This document shows, piece by piece, positions 28,801-40,500 of a stretch of DNA of 64,000 bases (positions are counted from its first letter, which is position 1; each line of letters opens with the position of its first letter). Under the pieces are notes generated by a model. The model ran no database searches. It worked only from the letters and a program-made list of their open reading frames with translations, and was not told the origin of the DNA. Both the position numbers and the translations under genes were made by a program. The DNA comes from Lingula anatina (lineage: Eukaryota > Animalia > Brachiopoda). Location: assembly GCA_051362555.1 (NCBI GenBank), contig CM120642.1, positions 20,646,001-20,710,000 on the forward strand, given 5' to 3'.

Positions 28801-30823
28801 GTAGTGGCTTGTGAAGTTACCTGCTCAATTACCTTACGTTATACTGGCAAAGTTTCGAACCTTGGACCTCTGGAATAGGTCATTTCTTCTTTCATCTTTC
28901 TAGGCGAATGCGCTCCCTCTGGATAAGTAAGAGATAATAAATCATTTACTTTCAAAATGATTTTCGACTTTTTAGTTAAACGGGGAGAATCTTTCGTTTC
29001 AGTTAAAATCTCCCCATGGCCATTATGCCTGAAGTTCACCATACCAATATTTGGCAAACTGCGTCCACGCAAAACAAACAAGGTTATCTTAGATCATCTG
29101 TGTGGTACTTACAACAGACTGTTGCAGTATTTCAGAGCCAAATTTTCGGACAATATGTGGAAATTGTAGCAATGTGGCATGAAACTTCCATATGCACCAT
29201 TTCCTTCTGACCTTTGTCCTACCTGAACACCTCACACAAAAATCCTCACTTGATTTACATATTGGCGTTCTGCTCACCCATTTTTCGTACGAAAGCTTTG
29301 ATTAAATATTTTGTCTTAATTTTATAATAAGAGAAAGTGAATCGGCTTCTACATAAAGGCAAAAGTATTCACATTTTATCAGCCACTATAATTCTTGTTC
29401 AGTGATCAGCAATCAATTTCACAGATCGACTGAATAAACTCAATGAAAATCACGCGCGCCGGATTGTGTTAGAGAAGACATGATGCTACATTTACTACGT
29501 TACTGCAACAGGTTATTGTTCTTGCAATAATATTACAACAAAAATAAAAGCGAACACCTGACTGACGTCAGTGACGCACAGATTTTGTGTAATATTTGCA
29601 TAATAGTTTTATTCCACTTTTATTCGTTGATGTCCTTCCGTTATATTGGAGAGCGTTATAATATAAAACAGAGAAAATAATGGGGCTTGGCAAAACGATG
29701 CAAATATTACACCAAATGTTTTTGTGACTGATGTGACTAAAGTGTTCACTTTTTGTGGAAAGAAAGAGAGAAAGGGATGACACAGCTTCTTTGGCTATTC
29801 CAATTAATGTATCATTTTGCCTTTTACACCATAATATGGATTTAAATCCATGTTACATGTACCAAGAGCTGTAGACATGGTAGGGGTCATCAGCTTAACC
29901 CCCCCCCCCCCCCTCCGCTCCATATATTTAGGCCCATCGATAATAACTGTTCGTTTTGGCCAAAAAATTAATTTTCCCGGAGTAAACAACAATTTTCTCA
30001 TACTTACCCATGGTTAATGAATCCATTTCTACATTCAAAGTTAGTCCCTGTTTTTTTTCTAAAAAGCTTGGTTTTATGTTATAATCTCTTAAGACATAAT
30101 TTACAGAGTATAGCCATCTATGGAGCTCACGTGGTCTGATGACAAGCTCAGATATTAGAATAATAGCTATAACTGCCTTTTTTGTGGTAAAACAGATATA
30201 TTATATTTCTGTGAGTTGTTTACTATGTTTTTATTGTGAAATATAGATCTCACACGAAGAGTTATTATCCCTTTAACGCCCACCCTTGTCGGCATCCTGG
30301 ATTCCCCAGTGGCATGTAAGCATTCGCCCATTTAAAGGTGCGTGACCTAAAAGAGTTCATAAAATTGGTCAAATTGACGTCTCGCATATTGACTTCGATC
30401 TCAACATTTATAACAATCTACATAACACTCTTTAATAAACTCATTGCTTGTGTGAAAAAAGGATACAACCGCAATAATAACACGAGAAAATTCTGAAAGT
30501 TCAACGCCTCCCATCCAATTCTTTATCTAACCAGTACGTGTAAAGTCCGTCTTGCAATGGTGTCGCCACCTTATTATTAGCGCAGTGCACGTGACATTTG
30601 GCGCCGTAGTTTGAATACCTCAGATAAACGTTCTCATTCCAGGAGGACGCACAGCGTGGGGACAGAGGCTGTCGAGAAGGAGACCGACAAGAGATTTGGT
30701 AAGCAAAAAGGGTGGCCAAGAAAGTCGCCTTAAAGCCAGCTGCTGCCGACCTCGGTCCGTGCCTTCGGTCTCCCTCCGGCCCCCGTCGCTACCACGCCCA
30801 CTGCTGACACTGATCAGCCTGCC

Positions 30824-31505
30824 ATGTTCTGCGACGATGACGAGTTTTTCTTCTACCACGCCTTTCGAAAATCATCGTATTCTTCACCCGACACGAGCCA
30901 CATCTTTTGCAAGTGAGTTTAGTTTTGTTTGGGTATTTTTGAAGTTGATAATGCATCGTAATATCGGTGATAATGAAATAGTAAAATATTATACCTGTTA
31001 ACTTCAATACATTATTTTCAGTTATAATGCATTGTACTAGTGTCAGGACATCGTTAGACTTGGATCGACATTTTTCTTTAGCACAAGTGTTATTTTTTAT
31101 TATCAAAATCCAAAAATGGCAATTTCAGATACTTCGCTAGGGGTAGCTGTAAATTTGGGAATGATTGCTACTTCTCACACGATATAACTGACAAAAAGGT
31201 AAATACCATATTAATTATGTTCAACACTTTTCAGTGACTGCGGTGTAATGCACCTTCTTTTAATCAGAAAACCAAACTTGGTATTCTTAACATATAATTT
31301 TCTTTTTTCTTTGTATGTAGCTTTTGATTATATCCCAAAGACTTTACAATCCCATGAGAATAATGATAAAAGCACTTAAAATGCTGAAGCTGCTTGAGCC
31401 TTATAAAAAGAAAATGTCTTTTACAATCATATGTAGAGTATCACTGAGTTTAACTCAACATTGATTGTTAGTTTTTACTACAAAAGATAAGCAGATTTTT
31501 TTATT

Positions 31506-31551
<46 letters not shown>

Positions 31552-34500
31552 TTTTTTTGTAAGTGAATGCATAATCATAAAGTTAAGAATATTGATTTGT
31601 TATTTATATATTTATATCATTTAGACTTTTAGCTGATTATTTTTGCTTTTAGCCTTGCAAAAATTACCTTCGAGATGGATCCTGTTCCTTTGGTGACAAT
31701 TGCTGGTACAGGCACATTGGGTAAGCACTATCTGAATGGCATTTGAGCCCTTTTAATTTTTCTTGGTGAAACTTCAACAGGTAAAGGGTGAAGCAAAGCA
31801 GGCATGTTATGTGACCTTTATTGAGAAGTCATTGATTAATTGGCTAAATACAGGGACGCAGAGAGGCCGTCTTCTGGGTCTTCCGGAAGACGGTCAGCAT
31901 TTTTCAAGTCGACGGGCATATTCTTTTTTCTATCGGAAGATTTGCAAATATATAACAAATATTTTTTAATAAGTTAAAGGTTCAACACGCGGTTGAAAGC
32001 GGTTTATTTGAACGGTAGCTGTAGAAAGGGGGGGGGGTAGAATTTCAAAGAACAAGCCTCGGAATTTTTCGATATACCAATGCACACTTTCTGAGTTCAT
32101 AAGCAGTATTTCTCAAATATAATGAAGTCTATATATTTCACACAATAAGTCTTCTATTTGAAATAATATTCCCGACTTGGGAGAGTTTGTTTTGAGGGGA
32201 AATTATGCCAAAATAAGGTATTTGAAATTAGACATTAGTTGCAAACACATGCATATTTCACTGGATTTCATTTTTCTAAATTTGTGAATGTACAAGTAAT
32301 TATATGAAAATAACTTTAATCAAACACTTTCTTTTATTCACTTAGCATTTTATTCAATATATTTTGATAGCATAAAAGCATCTTCAGTTTTGTGCTCTTA
32401 AATCTAAAAGAGAAAATTTTTATTTGCCAGTTATGATAACTTTTTTCACATTTCCATCAATTTTGGAAAATTTTTGTATTTCTTTGAAATTTTCCAAAAT
32501 ACGAATGTCTGACAAATTTGTTTGCAGCGTCTTTTAGTCTTTTAGAATGTGTTGCACGGCCTCGGTACAGAGATGAGCATCACTTCCGACCAGTTTATAA
32601 CTCGAAGCAATCTAATTTGCATATAAGAGAAAAATGCACCTTTTCTCTTGGTTTTGAGTTGTGTACACATTTTCCATTGTCCTCAGAAGAACTGTCCCCT
32701 TACCCTTACTCCCGTCATTTTTTCCAGCCACTTCAGTCGTTAGAGCTGGAAGTAACGAGGCGTCGAGATGTCCATTTGTAATGGCTGAATATTTATATGT
32801 GGAATAAATCATAAAATTTTACATGTTAACAGGGGCGCCCAATTTTATACCTCATAAATGTATACGTAACGAGTATGGGAATTGATCATAAAATTTAATA
32901 TTCAAACAGATGAAATAATTTTAAACACACCATGAGAAAATGTATTTGATTGAGTGTTCCCTTGAATATATTCTTTTTGTGCTATTTATATACTAAGAAT
33001 TTAGAACAAAATTATGAAATCAAGATTGGATAAAATATCGAATACTTATATTGGGACAGGTCATGCATTGATGCATAAAGGTCACCTTTGATAAACACAG
33101 ATTTAAAAATTAACTATTATTTAATACCTCCTGTCTTTCTTTTAAGGATAACAACTCTTCATGTGAGATTCATATTTCACAATTAAAACAATGTTAACAA
33201 CTTACATTCTTTTTAACTACCTAACGGCTGATATCACAATTATTCTGGAATCTTTGCTTTCCATCAGACCACATCACCTTCATAGATGACTATAATCTGT
33301 AATCATCTCTTAAGAGATTATAAGAAGTAACCAAATTTTTATAAAAAAAAAAAAAAAAACAGGACTAACTGTGAATGGCCGAATGGATTCATTAACCATT
33401 GGTTTGTATGGGGAAATGGTGTTATCCCCAGGTAAATCCATTTTGGCAAAAATGAACAGTTGGTTTTTCCTTCAAAGTCTTGTTTCACCAAAGAGGTAGC
33501 GTAAGGAAAGTCGGCTGTGGTTTCAATAATTAAAATAGAATAAGAAACGATGACTCCAAAATAACATATGAGCAATGTCTCTTGGGGCATCTTGGATACA
33601 TTTGACAATTGACTACAAGGATTACTTTTTTTCATAAATCTGCATATTAGCGAGTCGAAACACGTTTGAAAATAAATAAATTTCTGTGTGTGTGTGTATG
33701 TTTTGGAGCTCATGCAGGGAATGGCATGGGGCGGTAGGGGATGAGCCAACAAAAATAATTTGTAAGACTGTCAGAAAATATCTCTGGACCTGCCCCTGAA
33801 ATATAATGAAGAAAATTTAAACTTTGAATTTGAATTACATTGTGTTTGGATGGTTTTTCTAGGGCAGAGCAGGTCAGCAAGGAGAAAGAAGAAAAGGAAG
33901 AAAAGCGAAAAAAGGAACTAGAAGAGCTGAAGGAACATAATGCTAGGCTACTTAAAGTAAGTCTGAGTTTGAAAACACTGTTTTGTTTCATTAAGTTCAC
34001 CTTGTTTTGATTTATAAAAATTACGTACATCTTTAATAATGAACATAGCATATGGGTGAATTTATGTTTGAATGTTTCACTAATGTTTTTAATTCTTTAT
34101 CTTGTGTATTTTAAACAAATTTGTTGCAGCTGTTTTACTTTTATATTATACTTTTTCCTTGGTGTATTTTTACTTTAATTATTTTTTCAATTTGATAATG
34201 CAATCTGAAAATTGTAATGAGCTTTTTAGAAGAGAATCACTGCTTTTAGCTCCATCTATATTCAGTTTGTTGTATGTCACCACATTTACTATACTAGTAC
34301 ATATATTTATAACAGGAACAAATAGCTGAGAAAGAGAGATTACGTTCTATCCAACCATTTGAATTCCGAGAGCCAAAACCAAAGTCAAAGTTGACCTTAG
34401 AAAAAGCTTTATCAAAACTGGAGGTCATCAAAAATGAGGTGAGGCACAGATAAAAGACAGGTAAAGTATGTATTGGCATGAGTTTTGTTACAATGTATAA

Positions 34501-37484
34501 GCAAAATGCCCCGAGAATTATTAAATCAAACATAATCCAGTAAACAAAGAACATTTTTCTCTTATTTAGTCATTAAACTTATTTTAGCATTTGAAAAAAG
34601 ATTTTTTAGCAATCCACGCTCCTTTCATATGTAAGATTAACATCAAGAGCACGTGTCGCTTCAGGCTTACAACAAAGTTACCATTTTACTACATTTCTGT
34701 CTCAGGTAGCTGATCAACTTAAGGAGGAAGAACAGGAAAAAGAAGAACGGAAGAGGAAGAAAGAGAGAGGAGAACTTGAAGAAAACATAGAGGATGTGGA
34801 ATGGAAAGATTTTTGTGGTCAGTTGCCCTCAGTCGTATTTATTTACTGTTTTTTTTTAAGTATAGCATTTAATTTTGTAAATAAGGTATCTTAATGCTCT
34901 GCTCTTTATGTCCTTTCATTTTTTGTTCATATATTAGGCTTCCCTTAACACATCTTTGCAAAGTTTTTTTTTATGTATTATCTTCTGAAAGAAGCTGTAC
35001 AACAAATTATTTTCTGAAGTGCCTTTGTACTGGCTTCAAATTTTTCCGGCATAAAACCCCAGATTTTCTCAACACCAAGCATTCATCTACAGCAGAAAGA
35101 ATACACCACACCACCAACTTGGAAATTCTCATCATTGCTGCAGCCATGCTGAAACACATGCTACATCATATGGATGGCAGACAAACACTGAAAAGATTTT
35201 TACAGCATGGACTTAATCTGCTATCGCAACTTGGCCATAGTGAATAACGAGACATTGGGCGATATGGTGCCAATAGTGAGCCACTCAAATGATAATCATT
35301 GATGATTGGAGGCCACTTACAACTGCACAGTTCCTTGGCAGGGACTGCCCACCCAAGCCGAATGTGACTGTGGGAGAAATCTTTGGTTTGTCTACCAGCT
35401 AGGGCCATATGAGCAGACCATTGTCAGGCCAGAGGACTGAGGAGTGAGCTGCTTCACCACTCACCCGGATATTCAAACTCAGCTGGCCAGAGCAGCAGAT
35501 CTCCTGCAGGGCTTGGCCATCCAAATTTACAGAATGGACACCCATGTCTCACAAGGCCGAGCCCACTTGGCCATGATCATCCACAATGCCATGACTGGAA
35601 CCCTACTATATCCCTAAGGAGAGAGGACACCCCAAGCCCAGCACCCAGAAGAAGTGCCAGAAGACTGGTGTACTCATCAGACTCTGACTGGGATGCAGAG
35701 GACAACCCACCTAGAGTCCCCTATAAACATCCAGTCGGAGCCAGTGAGGATCCAGAGTCTGCAGGATGACGAATTCCAAGAGCCCTATAAACACAAATCA
35801 ATATCTCCAACGACCAACATCTTTCCTGCCAGTGTGGAGGATGAGCTTCCAGACCTCAGTTAAAATCTCCAGAATGGACAATGTGAATTTAATACATGTA
35901 TGAGTCAAATTCAAGTAATTTTGAATATGATTATTTTTCCCCTCGACCCCCACTGCATTACAAGCCTAGCTTTTTGAGGGAAATAAAACCTTTTACTTAG
36001 TTTAATATTTCTTTTTCTTTTTTAATGATTAATTTGGCTGGCCAAATTCTTCGAAGACCAAAGGTTATTTAACATGGTAGTGTTAAAGGTGTAAACATAA
36101 AAAAGTAAATAATGCATTTTTGCAATAACTCGATAAGTAATTATAATAGCATTTTGGATTTGAGTCTTATCTTGTCAAGCATGTGCAAGCAATGACCAAA
36201 TATAATAACCTTCCAATCTCAATTAAAAAGTAGCTGAGGCATGTTTAATTAAAAAACCTGGTAGTGGTAAGCAAAGGTTTCGCTTTAATTGCAAGTAAAA
36301 TAGACGTGTAACAGAGCCATAGAAAGGAGCAACTGATGGTAGACGGGGCAGGGGACATCATGGTCACATCTTCAACTCGGTGTAGTCTGTGTGAGCAGAA
36401 TAAAATACCTTTCACAAGAAAAAGATAGTTGTTGGTAACTATATCATTTGATATTACCAGGAACCTTTCATCAGCAGATAATGCACAGTATAAATACACA
36501 ATTTTTTGCATTCTCCAGAATTTGATGAAATCTGCCACAATTTCCGCAAGTTTGTCAACCAGTATGACCTCACGGACTGGTCAGTGGATGACCACATCAA
36601 GTTGATCTCAGCATTCAACATAAGTGACCAGACAGAATGCCAGGAGTACTACCATCCTCTCACCTTTGTGATGGGCCCTCTATTCCGGCTGTGGCGGCCC
36701 TCCCCGCAGGCCTGGGCCAGGCTATGCCTGGCCATAGTTGACTTACTGAAGGAGTGGGTTGACATGGAGGAGGTGATTCAGGCCTGGAATGCCGCTCTGG
36801 ATGACTGTGAGATTGAAGGTAAACTTTAAAAGTGCGATGTATAAAAAGGTGCATAAGATGTAATAATAAAGTTTGTGACATGAAAATATATAATGAATAT
36901 AAGTAATATACTAATAAATAATAATAATATTAAAATAAAAGATTTTTGCAATTGTCCTTATAAGTACATTTTAATAGTATTATTATTTTATATGTTTGTA
37001 CTACAAACATCAATAATTGTGTAACTTTGGGGATTTCAGTTTTTTTTTTTTTTATTTAATGAATTTGGCCCTTGAACTTAGATTGATAATGATAATTGTA
37101 TTTTTAGATGAAAATTATGAGCCAGATTCTGAGGAGAGTGAAAGTGATGAAGATTTCACAGAAGATGAAGAAAACGAGGTACCTTTGCCTAATAAGTTCT
37201 ATTTCTTAATTAGGCATCTTCATTATATTAACTATACATCAGTGATATCTTTGGAGAAGATGCTTTGGCACTTTTTTGAAAAATCATGATAACAAACTGA
37301 ATTTGCCAGTAGAGGTCTTGTTTTTTTAGATATTTCTGAAAAACGTACATTTTCTAAAATTTTCTAAACCATTTTAATTATTAAAATATTAAAATATGAA
37401 TATTAAAATATATATAGTCATTTTAAGATATTAAAATATTTAAAATATATATATCATTATTAAAATATATATAGTCAGTAGTAT

Positions 37485-37523
<39 letters not shown>

Positions 37524-40500
37524 TTTGCAGCGCGTGGTGATTGAAGAGATTGGTGATCTGTGTGTCTATTTGCAGGAGATGGTGAAACTAGAAATAGAGG
37601 ACCTGTCAGCAGCAGCCAATCTGACCTTGGAAGAGGTTATCCAGAGCCTGCCTCATGACATAGTAGAGCCACACATCATGGACCCAGATCAGGAAGATGA
37701 AGACAGTTGGTTCACAGCTCTAACTGAGGTAGAATACAAGGAGAACGACTCTGAGGGTGAGTAGAATGCATGCAAACAAACATACACACACACACACACA
37801 CACACCAGGGCACTTTTTCGGACACTCTAAGTGACAAAAAGATGAATTAGCAGAAATAACCAAGGAAATGCAGTATAGCCTACTGCAATTCTACTTCAAA
37901 ATTTACATAGGGTTGTACAGAGGAGGAGCATTAATGCAGTAGATTAGCAGCATGATAGAAGCATGTTTCAAATATGCTAATGAGCTCCCTACTCGAAGCA
38001 GCTTTGAGGCATGTTTGCAGTATGATTGCAGTAGTCTACTGCGCTGGAGTATCTACTGCGTTTTCTTGCGGGTAGACCAATACTTTCATTGGGAATGAAC
38101 TCTAAGTGACAAATAGATGAATTAGCAGAAATAACCAAGAAAATCGAGTTGAGCTTCTATATTGCTGTTACTGAATCTTGTTCAATTCCTTAAGATTGTC
38201 AGTCATATTTGATGACAGTTTGTTTGAATTAGTGTCAAGCAATCAGAAATATATACCAAATCTGCAGTTGGTTTTATATTAATTATACAAAACAGATTTA
38301 GATTATGAGCCAGAGGAGAGCGAGGGTGATGATGAAGAAACCATTGCTCAAGAGGAAGCTGAAGCTGATGAGGTATTTTTTGGCATAATTTGTTACATTT
38401 ATATAATTAAAATGGTTAAAAAGATCAGCAAACCTGGTCACACAGTTCAGCATAAATTATGTAAATGTATCTGCATATAGCTAATAAGTGACCTGTGTAT
38501 CTCTACAAATATTGCGCTTTCTCAAATTGTACAAAAAACGCCCTCAATTGACACAACTACCACTGTCCTCAAGTTCTTCTCTGTTCCTCTCTCTGCAGGC
38601 TGCTGTCAAGGAGGAGCTCCAAGACCTGGAAGCCATGGCCAAGATGTCCAAAGAAGAGCTACTGAGTAGTCTGCCACCAGAAGTTCTCCAGCCTCCTGAT
38701 GCTGAATCAGAAGACGATGAAGAGGAGGAGGAGGAGGAGGAAGAAGATGAGGATGAAGGAGTGGCAGGGGATATGGCTGAGGATGAGGATCAGGAGGAGG
38801 AGGAAGTGGATGATGGGATAGGTGAGGAGGAGGAGGAGGAATACTGGGCAGTTGCACTGGCCACTGACAGGGAACTGTATGATGAAGATGATTTGGAAGG
38901 TAAAAAACATTTCTTTTACCTTGGACCTAAATAGAGACTCTAGTTAGGTCCAAGCTTTTACTCAGAGACTAGTAATTCTGATACATTTATCCTTTGTGAA
39001 AGAAGTAGTTTAATTCAGCTTAATTCAAAAAGTTCAAGAATTAACCCAAGCAGTCACAATTTGGCTGTCTGCTGTACTTTGGAGAAAAAAAATTTTTCCA
39101 GGACTCCACTGTGAGTGTAGAGTGCAGATTCTCAATTATTTCCACTGTCAGTGACTGTAATAGCACATTTGGGTGCCTTGGCCAAGGCATGAGTATACAT
39201 ATCAATACTTGACAACATGTTCTGATTTTAGATAAAGACTATGAGCCAGCAGAGGAGGAAGGTACCACAGATGAAGATAGCACATCTGCAGAAACAGATG
39301 AGGTTTACTGTCACATGTTTCTCTGTTATATAGGAAGTGATTTGTTTTTAAGAATATTTATCTTAATTTCTCTTTAATTGCCAATTGAATAAACAATTGA
39401 TAAATAATTAAGCAAACTTATTGAAAATTTTAAGAATAGTTAACTGTGTTTTTTTTTAATGTATCATCAATGTGTGCTGTGGTTTAATCAATTAATTCAG
39501 GTATAGGTGATGCTTTACTCTTCATTATGTTTCAACATTTTGGGTATGAAAAGATCATGAGTGAAAGTTTTCTGGATTATGCATTTTTTTCATATGGTCA
39601 TATGCCAGGAGAAATTGTTATCAGGAATTTCATTTTTTACAACTTTCACCCACGGAACATTGCCTTTTTTAAATGTTTTACAGTCTCTGATATTTTCTTA
39701 ACAGACTTTTTTTAATACTGAAAGGAATCCCTAAGAAGAGAACTGAAAGAATTGGAAGAAATGGCAGAAATACCATTTGAGGAATTTGTCTCATCACTGC
39801 CACCAGAAATCCTCAGAAATTATGGGATAGAAATGGAGGATATCCCAATACCTGCCAGCAGTAGTCCAGACACAGATACCAATAATAATGATGAAGGCAT
39901 AAAAAAAGGTAAAAACCATTTGCCAAAGTGAGAATTTGTCAATTAGTTATATTTTTTAATGTATATTTATTAAAATAACAGTAAATGAAACCAAAACTGA
40001 ATTACACTATGTGCCAGGATGGCATTATTCCTACTTATTTTTAGAAATATTTCAACTATCATCATAGGAGATATTACCTTCAACAATTAATCAATTCCAT
40101 GTTTATTTGCAGAAGCTGAAGAGACCCAGGAAGATGATGCTCAAAATTCTGAGAAGAAAGACGAAGAGAAGACTTTTGAAGACGATAAACATGAGCAAAC
40201 TATTCCTGATAATGACACTGAGGAAACAGAGCCAGAAAAGCCTGGTTCAGAGGTTTATCTCAAGAATTTAAATATTTTATTTGAAAAGGGATTTTCTTAA
40301 AAAATGTTTACACTTCATGGAAACTATAATGAAAACCAACTATTGTGATACTTTTCCAAAATGTGCAGGTACCAGAATTGGTAACAAAATCAGTTGTGAG
40401 CTATAAGTCCAGCTAAAAGTCCATTGCAATATGTCACTGCCCCCCCTCCCCCACTGCCCTTGGGCTTTAAGTCTTCCCCTTGGGAGTTCATGTGTATTCA

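Noticed and set aside
31853-32720. Possible TIR element in intron 3 of the CCCH gene
   Set aside because: End similarity is too weak and there is no clear TSD to define boundaries by eye.
38606-38910. Minus-strand Pro/His/Leu-rich ORFs
   Set aside because: Antisense shadows of the acidic exon 11.
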